DNA of 64,000 nt from Pecten maximus (lineage: Eukaryota). Both the position numbers and the translations under genes were made by a program. This document shows, one piece after another, positions 47,496-60,200 of this stretch (the stretch's first letter is position 1; every line of letters begins with the position of its first letter). The notes under the pieces are model-generated. The model had not been told where the DNA came from. It saw only the letters and a program-made list of their open reading frames with translations, and ran no database searches. The stretch is taken from positions 31,992,001 through 32,056,000 of the forward strand of contig NC_047020.1 of NCBI RefSeq assembly GCF_902652985.1, read 5' to 3'.

Positions 47496-48665
47496 ATGAA
47501 CATCCCGATCAGTGCATCCCGCCCGGACTTTGTACTACCAAACTCCACACTGAACGGAACAACTTTCCTCATCCGTCGGGATTACCTATCCAAGCTAGAA
47601 TGGCCGGGGTTGGTCCATGTGACGTTCCCGGTAATCATACCGATTCTGCTAATTCTTGGTATCATCGGGAACTCGCTGACAATTGCCGTGCTATGGCATA
47701 AGAACATGCAATCCACTACAACCATCCTGCTGTTCCGATCCCTTGTCATTACGGACATGGCGGTCAGTTTGGTGTGGTCATTGAATGGTGTATCAGAATA
47801 TTACTTATTCCAGATACCGGAAGGTCAGTCCTATTACCTGGACGTGGTTTACCCGTGTATATACATCTTCCTTCTCTACCTCATATACTTCTTCCGGGGC
47901 GTCAACATCTGGATCACGGTGACGCTCTGTGTAGAAAGGTTTATCTACGTCTGTGTTTATTACAAGGCAAACGTTATATGTACCAAGAAAAGAATCACAA
48001 TTGCCCTTGCAGTCATTGTTGGATTCTTCTTTGTGTTCAGCATACAGCAGCTGATCGAGTTTAAGCCAGTTAGCTATCCATGCTACGGAAGCCTGTGTTA
48101 CATAAATGAATTTACAGAGGTTGGAAAATCATTTTATTATTCCAAGGGGCCATTCTGGTTTAACATGTTAATGTACAACATTCTCCCGACTATACTTTTG
48201 GGATCACTTAGTATCCCCATCATCTGTAAACTCTGCACTATGTACCGGAAACGAGTACAGATGATGAACACAACTCAATCAAGTGGAACTCTTCAACGAA
48301 AGGAAACAAATGTGACCATTGTTCTTTTGCTGATCGTGTTGTTTTCGGTATTGTCAAACCTGAACGGTCCTTACCTTGTGGCCGTTTACGTATACAGCAT
48401 TTACAATACCAGTTTCTTTTATCTTATTTGTATATTCAATACTATAGTTATTCTTAACTCCTCCATAAATTTCATCATCTATGGTATTGTTGGAATTAGG
48501 TTTCGAAGAATTCTTATAAAAATGTTAAAACAGACATACTATAAAATATTAAGGAAACCTCTACCGGCCAAAGTCAGGCGTGCAACCGTGAAAGAGGAGC
48601 CAGCTTCTAATGACAATGCGATAGAGTTAACTTCGAATGACACAACGCTTTACAATGGTATTTAG
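47496..48665 (+). CDS. Class A GPCR, FMRFamide/peptide-receptor-like (389 aa, single coding exon)
   Basis: Seven hydrophobic segments; GIIGN (TM1), SLVITD (TM2), ERF (DRY position), NSSINFIIY and FRR (TM7/helix 8); N-terminal N-glycosylation sequons. Confidence 0.92.
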   Translation: MNIPISASRPDFVLPNSTLNGTTFLIRRDYLSKLEWPGLVHVTFPVIIPILLILGIIGNSLTIAVLWHKNMQSTTTILLFRSLVITDMAVSLVWSLNGVSEYYLFQIPEGQSYYLDVVYPCIYIFLLYLIYFFRGVNIWITVTLCVERFIYVCVYYKANVICTKKRITIALAVIVGFFFVFSIQQLIEFKPVSYPCYGSLCYINEFTEVGKSFYYSKGPFWFNMLMYNILPTILLGSLSIPIICKLCTMYRKRVQMMNTTQSSGTLQRKETNVTIVLLLIVLFSVLSNLNGPYLVAVYVYSIYNTSFFYLICIFNTIVILNSSINFIIYGIVGIRFRRILIKMLKQTYYKILRKPLPAKVRRATVKEEPASNDNAIELTSNDTTLYNGI

Positions 48666-48969
48666 ACCTCTAGATATGGGAGTTTACGGATCAGTGTTAA
48701 AGCTAGACTGGGATGGTTTCTTTAAGATTAAAATTATGTGGTTTGTATCTAGTTATTTAGAAACAGTGAATATTTCTTACAAAGGCAAATGGGAATGGAT
48801 ACAGCGATGTGGAAGACAATGAGACATAACTCAACATAACACGATGTGACTTAAGGATTAGTATTGTCATATCAGTTTATTTGTCAAACCTACAAAGACA
48901 ACAATGGCTTGGGATGAATGTACAGTGTGTATTGGGGATTGTAAATGGATAATAGAACATCACCATCGA

Positions 48970-49874
48970 CATTGTGTCGTAGGACTATACCAATCCTAAT
49001 GTGACATTGTGACGTAGGGTAATACCAATCCTAATGTGACATTGTGACGTAGGGTAATACCAATCCTACAGTGACATTGTGACGTAGAGTAATACCAATC
49101 CTACAGTGACATTGTGACGTAGGACGATACCAATCCTACAGTGGCATTGTAACGTAGAGTAATACCAATCCTACAGTGACATTGTGACGTAGGACGATAC
49201 CAATCCTACAGCGACATTGTGACGTAGGACGACACCAATCCTACAGTGACATTGTGACGTAGGGTGATACCAATCCTACAGTGACATTGTGACGTAGGAC
49301 GACACCAATCATACAGTGACATTGTGACGTAGGGTAATTCCAAACCTACAGTGACATTGTGACGTAGAGTAATACCAATCCTACATTGACATTGTGACGT
49401 AGGGTGATACCAATCCTACAGTGACATTGTGACGTAGAGTAATACTAATCCTACAGTGACATTGTGACGTAGAGTAATACCAATCCTACAGTGACATTGT
49501 GACGTAGAGTAATACCAATCCTACAGTGACATTGTGATGTAGAGTAATACCAATCCTACAGTGACATTGTGACGTAGAGTAATACTAATCCTACAGTGAC
49601 ATTGTGACGTAGAGTAATACCAATCCTACAGTGACATTGTGATGTAGAGTAATACCAATCCTACAGTGACATTGTGACGTAGAGTAATACCAATCCTACA
49701 GTGACATTGTGACGTAGAGTAATACTAATCCTACAGTGACATTGTGATGTAGAGTAATACCAATCCTACAGTGACATTGTGACGTAGAGTAATACTAATC
49801 CTACAGTGACATTGTGACGTAGAGTAATACCAATCCAACAGTGACATTGTGACGAAGTGTAATACCAATCCTAC
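48970..49874. repeat. 35-bp minisatellite (~25 copies)
   Basis: Unit GTAATACCAATCCTACAGTGACATTGTGACGTAGA. Confidence 0.95.
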
Positions 49875-50290
49875 ACATAAACAGCAGACACACAAACACA
49901 GAAGACACATAAAGACAGAAGACACATAAAGACAGGAGACACATAAACACAGAAGACACATAAACACAGAAGACACACAAACACAGTAGACACATAAACA
50001 CAGAAGACACATAAACACAGCAGACACCTACACACAGAAGACACATAAACACAGAAGACACATAAACACAGCAGACACACAAACACAGAAGACACATAAA
50101 CACAGAAGAGACACAAACACAGAAGACACATAAACACAGAAGACACATAAACACAGGAGACACATACACAGCAGACACATCAACACAGAAGACACATACA
50201 CACAGAAGAGACATCAACATAAAAGACACAAGAAACACACAAACACAGAAGACACATAAACACACAAATAACAAAACCACAAAAACACAA
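49875..50290. repeat. 17-bp AC-rich minisatellite
   Basis: Unit TAAACACAGAAGACACA. Confidence 0.9.
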
Positions 50291-50974
50291 TGATGTATCA
50301 ATGTCAAACCTTCCTTTTTTAAATACTTGTTTCTGTTATATAATAAATAATAAACGTATATGTAATATCAGTAAATAAACAGTTTATAAAGATATTTCAG
50401 ATATAAAATACTTGTTATTGTACGGTAAACTACATTGAAATAATAGATTCCTCAAATTCTGGCCCCGTCAATCTATATTTGGTTTCTCCCTGTATAGCTT
50501 GACGTGTATTTTGGATCTTTTGTACCTCCCCATACAGATTTTGATTTTTCTTTCTGTCTATTTTGATTTTTTTGGTCGCATCCTTGGCATCAACACTTTC
50601 GGCCTTATAGTCATTTAACTGATATCTTGGGTGTCTTTTTTACAGTCTTTTCTAAGGTAGAAAACTGAAGTAAATGATGAACATAAGTGTGTGTCACTAC
50701 AGCTGTGTTCAGTGATGTACCGCAAGTTAGTATCAAAATTGGAGTTTAATCAATATACAATGTTGTTTACAGATAATAATTATACACAAACATGTTATAC
50801 CGGAAGTGAGTGATCTAGAAGGGAGAATAAGAGGATACATTCGTTATCTACCTGACACGTCACTCACTTCCACCATCATTAGCACATGATAGCAGCTTGT
50901 CATCCACATGTGTGTACGTCATAGGATTATTAACAATGATTCTTAATGATGATACCGTAGACGTCAAAAGTAAG

Positions 50975-52848
50975 ACCAGACGACACAACACTAGTGACAA
51001 GTTCACGTGGATTAGACGAGACAACAGTTGGGATATGACAACATCGTTCACATGACAACATATAGATGAGATAACATTGTACACGTGACAACATAGACCA
51101 GACTAAACCGTTCACGTGACAACATAGACCGGACAACACCATACACAGGGCAACATAGACCAAATAACACCGTACACGTGACAACATAGACCGGACAACA
51201 CCGTACACGTGACAACATTGACCGGACAACATCGTACACGTGACAACATAGACCAGACAACACCATACACAGGGCAACATAGACCAGATAACACTGTACA
51301 CGTGACAACATGGACCAGACAACACCGTACACGTGACAACATGGACCGGATAACACCGTACACGTGACAACATAGACCGGACAACACTATACATGTGACA
51401 ACATAGACCATACAACACAGTACACGTGACAACATGGACCAGACAACACCGTACATGTGACAACATAGACCGGACAACACCGTACACGTGACAACATAGA
51501 CCGGACAACACCATACACAGGGCAACATAGACCAGACAACACCGTACACGTGACAACGTAGACGGGACAACCCCGTACACGTGACAACATGGACCGGATA
51601 ACACCATTCACGTGACAACATAGACCGGACAACACTACACGTGACAACATAGACCATACAACACTGTACACGTGACAACATGGACCAGACAACACCGTAC
51701 ACGTGACAACATAGACCAGAAAACACTGTACACGTGACAACATAGAACAGACAACACCATACACAGGGCAACATAGACCAGACAACACCGTACACGTGAC
51801 AACATAGACCGGACAATACTGTTCACGTGACAACATAGACTATACAACACTGTACACGTGGCAACATAGACCGGAAAAGACTGTACACGTGACAACATAG
51901 ACCGGACAACACCGTACATGTGACAACATTGACTGGACAACACTGTACACGTGACAACATGGCCCAGACAACACCGTACACGTGACAACATAGACCGGAC
52001 AACACCGTACACGTGACAACATAGACCATACAACACCGTACACGTGACAACGTAGACTGGACAACACTGTACACGTGACAACATAGACCATACAACACCG
52101 TACACGTGACAACCTAGACCGGACAACACCGTACACGTGACAACATATACCATACAACACCGTACACGTGACAACATGGACCGGATAACACCGTATACGT
52201 GACAACATAGACCGGACAACACCATACACAGGGCAACATAGACCAGACAACACCGTACACGTGACAACATAGACCGGACAACACCGAACACGTGACAACA
52301 TAGACCGGACAACACCATACACAGGACAACATAGACCAGACAACACCGTACACGTGACAACATAGACCATACAATACTGTACACGTGACAACATAGATAG
52401 GACAACACCGTACACGTGACAACATAGACCATACAACACCGTACACGTGACAATATAGACCAGCCAACACCGTACACGTGACAACATGGACCATACAACA
52501 CTGTACACGTGACAACATGGACCAGACAACACCGTACACGTGACAACATGGACCAGACAAGACCGTACACGTGACAACATAGACCGGACAACACCATACA
52601 CAGGGCAACATAGACCAGACAACACCGTACACGTGACAACATAGACAGGACAACACCGTACACGTGACAACATAGACCAGACCAAACCGTACACGTGACA
52701 ACATAGACCATACAACACCGTACACGTGACAACATAGACCGGACAACACCGTACACGTGACAACATAGACCAGACCAAACCGTACACGTGACAACATAGA
52801 CCATACAACACCGTACACGTGACAACATAGACCGGACAACACTGTACA
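50975..52848. repeat. 31-bp minisatellite (~58 copies)
   Basis: Unit ACACGTGACAACATAGACCGGACAACACCGT. Confidence 0.95.
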
Positions 52849-53425
52849 CAAGAATTACCCTATAACTAGACGTTACTGTGCACCCTCGCTATGTAGAATT
52901 ATAACTAATACTAATCACTTATCATTGATTTCTTGCTTATCTTCATTCTTATAACAGTCCCGTCCATGTCCAGTTTCTTCAGTGTAGAAATCTAAATATA
53001 AGAAAATATATACGCATGTAGTTTTAAAGCTTTTTAAATCGTAGTAAGGAAAGTTATCCAAAACATTTTAACAAAGTATTTATGTTACTAGGTAAATTTG
53101 CGTTTTTTTATTTGAAAACTACTCCAACTTCTCCGTTTTATGACCTTTTTGTTACTTAAGTAGATCACTTTTACCTCAAATAATAAACTACTTAATTACG
53201 TGTGTATCTTAAATATCATGTTATGCACATATGATAATCAGGAAATCCTTATGTATGGAAGTACAGGATATCCGGATTAATAAACATTGTTTCGCCCAAA
53301 ATGTCTCTATTATGCAACACAAGGTTTATATCATTTCAAAAAACATATTCTTGTACGTTGAACTTTCCATCACCTTTTATTAGTTAAGCAATGCATATAA
53401 ATCTACATTTATATGTAATATGATA

Positions 53426-53612
53426 ATATGTTATTAAACAACTGAAATAAACTAAAAATATAAAACTAAACTAATTTCAATTATTATTTAATTCCGTATA
53501 TGGTTTCACGAGGCGTGGTATATATGTTATTAAACAACTGAAATAAACTAAAAATACAAAACTAAACTAATTGCAATTATGATTTAGTTCAGTATATGAT
53601 GTCACGAGGCGT
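53426..53612. repeat. ~97-bp tandem duplication
   Basis: ATATGTTATTAAACAACTGAAATAAACT...CACGAGGCGT occurs twice. Confidence 0.85.
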
Positions 53613-54339
53613 AACCAGCACCGCCAGGTTGTATATTTATTTACAACCAAGCAAGATATACAGCTGTATACAAAACAATTGCGCAAACACAGTCACAGCA
53701 CTCTTTCGCACACACCTAACTATATACAGTTTGGGGAAAACCGCCAACTTGCGTATAATACGCAAATTCGCTTATTATAGGCCAATTGGAGAATGGATTT
53801 GTTACTAAAACTAGTGATTAAACAGTTTATTTTGAAATATATTATATACTGGCGATTTAATTTACATAGGTAAATAATATTTTGCATAAATATGTTTACT
53901 GAAAGTGTTGTCTACCTAGAAACTTGATGTTAGTCTACTGGAAATATTGTATACATTTTTGGTACTTTACGAGGTGTAAATAATATTCATTTTTGCACTT
54001 GTATGATGTGTCATGATTAAATAAATGCTACTTCGACGAAAATTTTAAGAAAGTTAACTTTAGAGTGATTTTGGCTATTTTTGATAAAACAAAACAAAAC
54101 AAAACAAAACCAACAAAACAGTTGGTGATTTTTCCAAACCGGATAAATAGGCCCCAGGTTTACAAATACTTCACCCTACATAAAAGGACATTTCGTTCTA
54201 CACAGATACAAGTTTTAATCAAGTCTATGCACATGTTTTCCGCCATGCTCCAAAAGTGTTATAATTCATATGTGCGCGTGGTTCCCGTGGTTACTCAAGA
54301 CTTCTCCATGATGTAGAAAACGTTTCAGGTGTCTGATAT

Positions 54340-54606
54340 TAAAGCAACGAACGGTGGTTTTAATGTTGTTAAAGTCGATATGGCAGCAAGATGTATGCAT
54401 GGTGGGCGAATGGCATGGGAACCCGATAGAGAACCCGTTAGGGTTCCCATGCCATTTGCCCACCATACATCTTGCTGCCATATCGACTATAACAACATTA
54501 AAACCACTGTTCAATACTTGTATTCACATTGTGTTACCCTTTTCGTCAACTTTGGAAAAAAATGAACCAACAAAAAAGTCTCACCATTTTTAATGTCACA
54601 TGACCA
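54340..54606. mobile_element. Fold-back element, copy 2 (inverted relative to 42340-42595)
   Basis: Same palindrome plus the reverse-complemented flank CGTCAACTTTG...TTTTTAATGTCACATGACC. Confidence 0.8.
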
Positions 54607-55249
54607 ACTGGGTGTTATACATGTAGCCTGAGGCACTGGGTATTATAGGCGTATGGTGGCAACTGCCTCTTAGCATTGTGTCAATGGGAAAATGCGGAGC
54701 AAATGTAGATAAAGGACATAAAGAGGTTACCTACAAGGCATAACCAATGACATATAGTCCCTAATCTAGCTATGATACCTAGTACAACATTTTACATGCC
54801 TTCAGTATTTTTAACGGTTGTCGACCCTTTAATGGTCATGGCCGGGCCTAATGGCCGATACTGTCAGATGCTAAAGTTATTCAGAAAACATGCACAGTAA
54901 CGTTTTCGCACAAAATTAGTTATTCATCGACGTTAATAGTGGATCAATAAATAGGAAAATGTTGGCAAAAGTGAAATTTGTCGTTTTCATTAAAATATAT
55001 CAATATTTTGTCGGTGTTCAAGGGTGTGCAGTATTCTCGATTCATGAAAGATACATTATTATCCTACCTGCACGTGTGTTGTCCTGTACTTATGTAATAT
55101 GTACTACATACATTAAGTGGAAACTATCATAAAAAGTACATTAACAATGATTTCCAGTGAATATGAGTTTCATTCTCCTATCAACAAGTAAATACATATT
55201 TGGCAACACTCACATCGACTCCCAGATAGCTGCAACCGGACACAGTCCT

Positions 55250-55699
55250 TCACAAAAACAGGACACGCTTCCTATATACCACAGCTTCGAATGGCACAAA
55301 AACAGGACACGCTTCCTATATACCACAGCTCCGAAGGGCACAAAAACAGGAAACGCTTCCTATATACCACAGCTCCGAAGGGCACAAAAACAGGAAACGC
55401 TTCCTATATACCACAGCTCCGAAGGGCACAAAAACAGGACACGCTTCCTATATACCACAGCTCCGAAGGGCACAAAAACAGGAAACGCTTCCTATATACC
55501 ACAGCTCCGAAGGGCACAAAAACAGGAAACGCTTCCTATATACCACAGCTCCGAAGGGCACAAAAACAGGAAACGCTTCCTATATACCACAGCTCCGAAG
55601 GGCACAAAAACAGGAAACGCTTCCTATATACCACAGCTCCGAAGGGCACAAAAACAGGAAACGCTTCCTATATACCACAGCTCCGAAGGGCACAAAAAA
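55250..55699. repeat. 44-bp minisatellite (~10 copies)
   Basis: Unit GCTTCCTATATACCACAGCTCCGAAGGGCACAAAAACAGGAAAC. Confidence 0.95.
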
Positions 55700-56069
55700 C
55701 ATCATTAGCACCCAGCTCATTCATTGTCGAGATGAACCTCTAAACACCTCCTCAGTCAAAGTTCTGCCTGTCACTACCCCATCCCACCTTGGACACCGTA
55801 AAATACATTGAAAGAACATGCTTAGCTTTAGTTCCACACCTTACTGAGTTGACCGAGACACCCATGGTCCCCTACACTTGCCAGACCAGTTTTGGCCCGG
55901 GTGACAGCACGTGCACTACACGTGTATAAATGACCTGTCAACCTCAATAGTACACAATGTATAGTAAGTAGTATCCTGACATATGATCATGTAATAAAAC
56001 GCTTATTTTGTTTACATTATCTTAATAAACCAAATCACACAGAGGGGACGCTGAGTTGATGATTACATT

Positions 56070-56570
56070 ATATGCGGAATATGTGAATAAATGGAAATGG
56101 TGTGTGGGGGCAAGTCAACATATATGAGAAAGGGTTTTGGGAAATGAAAGGTATGGCGTGAAGAATGTAAATATGTGTGGGATAGTATTCGGGGGAATAT
56201 ATATACATTGTCTGGACATGTAAAGATATATGTGAAATGTATGTAAAGGTATGTGAGAATTGTATCTGTGGAATGTAAAGATGTGTGAGAAATGTATGTG
56301 GGGGATGTAAAGGTATGTGAGAAATATATATGGGAATGTAAACGTTAAGGCTTTTTCCGGGGAATGAAAATGTACGTGAAGGATATATCTGAGGATCAGG
56401 GGAATGTAAAATCGTTGTCTGGGAAATGTTAATGTATGTGAGAAATGTAGTAGAATAGGAATGCAAAGAAGTCAATGCATGTATGGAAATTTAAATACAT
56501 GGTCTGTGCAATGTAAAGATATGTGAGAAACGTATCGGGTAAGTGTACAGATATGCGGGTTTCTAGAATG
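56070..56570. repeat. Degenerate ~33-bp repeat
   Basis: Recurring GGAATGTAAA..TATGTGAGAAATGTAT. Confidence 0.65.
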
Positions 56571-57285
56571 AACTTATGGTGCAGTGGACAATGCCATTCA
56601 ACAGACAGCGGTGGTCCCACGGCAATGCTCGACCACGTGGATTGTATGTAGAAGCTCAAGTTAATCAATAGACATCTCCATTTTAAGCGTAGACGTGCTA
56701 TAGCTCGACGACTCTGTTTGTTAATAATTGAAAATTACATCCTTGAATAATGATACACTGATTGTGTGTGTGTGTTTTGTCTTGTGGCTTGCATTTCGAA
56801 CAACATAATCTTACAAATCAGTATATATATCTATAAATATCCATCAGTATACATATATATCTATAAATATCCATCAGTATACATATATACTTATTAACAT
56901 CCAACTAAACACCACCTACGATGTTTTCTAATTAATAACAAAAGGCCTTCGGCCAACGACTTATCGACCAAAAGGATCATTTGCACAAACATAACGATAT
57001 TGTTCGTTGTTTATCTACTAAACTTATATAACTGTTCTATGTTCTATGTCTGTAAATGGATGTTTCTGATTTACTTGTGTCTTGATAAAGGGACCAGTTT
57101 CTCCAATATAATACTCAGTGCAATTTTAGAGTTACACCACATATTGGTATTCGCAGTGAATTTAGTCCCTCTAATATAGTGTGATTCTCCTTCATTTGAT
57201 CACTGTATTTTGTTATCTTATACTTATATTGTGGGAATCTGAATTGAATCAAAGATTTATAAGATTTGAAACAAATAAAAACAAG

Positions 57286-60200
57286 TCACAAATGTTCGTC
57301 ATACGCTGTGTTTTCGTAAGCATTTTTGACCTTTTCGGTATCATTTTTTCTGTGTTGACGCCATACTTGTATAATTTCCTCGGCAGGTGGCGCAATGATC
57401 GCGAAAGCAGCTCCGACCATGCACCACACCTGACAGGCTGTGAGCCAGCCTGAAAACTGCTCGTACGTCAAAACTTCAAAACTCAACATTACTGCTGGAA
57501 AGACAACCAGGAAAAACAAAACGCTGATACCGCCTCCTATGTAAGCTACCCATTTGGCAGGGCGAAATATGGCGGCCATGTTTTTCCCTGTTATTTTCGT
57601 ATCATGAGGAATCTTTGAAAGTTCTTCTTTATAGAGATTTCTCCATGGGTTCAGCGGGTTATCAATTGAAAGGGTCTTTTCCCATTCTTTCCCTGCATCC
57701 TCTGTAGATCGGATATTGTTCGTACATAAAGAAATGACTATTGTGACCACCGAGCTGGTGATGACACCTGCTCCAATACCGGCCAGAAGGCTGTATTCAG
57801 TCGAGGTATTCACCATGAAGTTTCTCAGGCCATCCTTATGGGCTGTTTCTCCCACCACCAGGATCCCTGTGATTGCTGCTATGAGCCCACTGGCACTCCC
57901 TATCAACATACGACGTACGAATTAGATATTAGCTGTCAATAAGATGTTTTAACTAAAGAAATCCCGATACGACATTAATACTGTCCGAATCCGTATATTT
58001 TGATCTTAAAGTTTCAAACAATTTCAGGGGGAAAAAAAAGAAAAAAAAAGAAAGAATAATAATAATAATACTAAAAAAAGATAAATTAATAAATCATATG
58101 AAATCATTATACATTTAAAGGAAAGTTTCTTAACTATGATTTTTCTCTTTAACCCAACAATATCTTGCCATGGAAAATTATGAAATAATAAGTGATTTCC
58201 TTAAGATAAGGAATTAATAAAGACCTGGTAGGATGTTCATCATCTATACATTACGTACAGTTGAATATTCATTATAGTCCAAACTTTACCTCAATATGAA
58301 ATTAATTTAGAGGAATACATGTATTAGATCATACCTGCAATAACCCCAGGAGCTGTACTCTTAGACCAAGCAATAGTGAGAAGAAGGGGTATCAGGAATG
58401 GACTAAGGAGGGCCTGTAATGTAAATACGGCCCAGTTCAAGTTTACACCGGAAGCCATAACCAGGAGACCGTAAGGAACAACACCAATGGTAACCCAGAC
58501 TATACACCAGCTCTTGTAGTGGATCAACAGGTCCTCATAATGACGGTACAGTCCATGCTTAACACAACCATATTGGACACCAAAGTTCTTACTTCCGCTC
58601 ATGCGTATTTTTACATCCTCTTTACAGTCACGGCAGTCCTCGAACGGTTTACAAACACATAATTCCGTTTTTGCTGAATCCTTTGCCGATACTTTCTCTT
58701 TGCCACACAGCAAGCAACTTGTCGGCGAGGAGGACTTCCTGTAACGGAAATTTAAAAGAAAACCATGATAAATCAGAGCAAACTACTGTCAAGGGAATTA
58801 TGGCTGCTTGTACACGTAAAATGACGTCGATTTGTAATTCTAATTCTGCACTAGGTGACGTAACTGCACTCGTATAGTATGACGTACGGACGTTGATTTG
58901 GTCAATACATCATTATGTAGACAGCAAAAGCACAACTTCGTAGGGTTAGATTCTGGAGTTATGTACCATCAATTGTGGGTGTTTTAACTTCAAATAAAGG
59001 CCCGGTATACTTCACACTAGAGAAGCTCCACCCCCTTCCCTCCTAACGATGAACTTCCACCAATAATTTGCACATTGAATGTTTAACACAATTGATTATT
59101 AAGTAAATTACTGACATGTCTAAACCACACAAATGATAAATCTATCGACCTGTAAACTAAGAACAGACTTTCAGCGCAAGACAGAAGTACATTTGACTCA
59201 CCGGAAGTGGAAAATAATAGCTGTTATACCAATTTACTATGTATATTATCACAAATAACAACTACGCTACCTGTATGGGTTGACGTGGGTACGGTATATG
59301 TCATAGACGATGATGGAAGATACCGCCATCACCTCCCCAGATCCGGTTGACATAAGTGCCATAGTTACCATGGTGATGAGTAGGTATCCCCCTTGAGTTC
59401 CCATCAAGGTTTCCATCACGAATGGAGTTATGTATCCTTCAAAACATATTATACCATCATATACAATCAGGATGAGAAGGTTGTTTCAGGTGTGTTTATA
59501 TTCGCTATTTTTGAGAATGGACGAACATGGGGAATACCTTTAAATAATAGATAATAGAGGAAAGTATGGACGTTCAATCAGTTTGTTGTTGGATTTTAAT
59601 CAATTTTAGCTGTTTGTTAAGCTCAAGACTTCATGACAGAGTCGACTCAAGCTTCCGACACGCTCTATAAAGTAACAACCCGCTGTTTCATAATGTTGAC
59701 CTAAAAAGACGCACCGTTTATATTTCCTTTAACCGACTCGAGAGATATATTTATGTGGAATTATGTAGAAATTTCTACCACATAAACTGTTGTAAATCTC
59801 TTGTGAAGAAACAGGCGTTTGTTATTTCTATTGCACTATAACGGTGAGAATGACTATCGCCTTAAAAACTTATCAAAAATTGATTCCTTTTATTTCTAAT
59901 ACAATCTTAACGCCTTGCTCCTTATCATTTTATCATTTTTATTTTTAATTTCAACATTCTAGAGCTATATCGGCAAAGCTTACCGGAATCTATGTCACTT
60001 GCAGTAAGCAAATGTGTGCCGTTTTGATAACCCAAAGACATATACGTCATCGCTGACGTCAATGCTATGGTTGTTGGAATGGCGAACCAAACGTAGGCTG
60101 CTATAAAGAATCCAAGGACTCCTTGAGCTGGCTTTGCCGCTATCCTACTCTGCCAGTTGGCCTGGTCACAAAAACTTAGCGACGTAGCCATGAAAAACAG

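Noticed and set aside
49731-52851. Long Cys/Val-rich ORFs
   Set aside because: Open in several frames of 17- and 31-bp repeats because that strand is A-poor.
36667-55699. CRISPR-like arrays
   Set aside because: The repeats are head-to-tail without unique spacers, the context is eukaryotic, and there are no cas genes.
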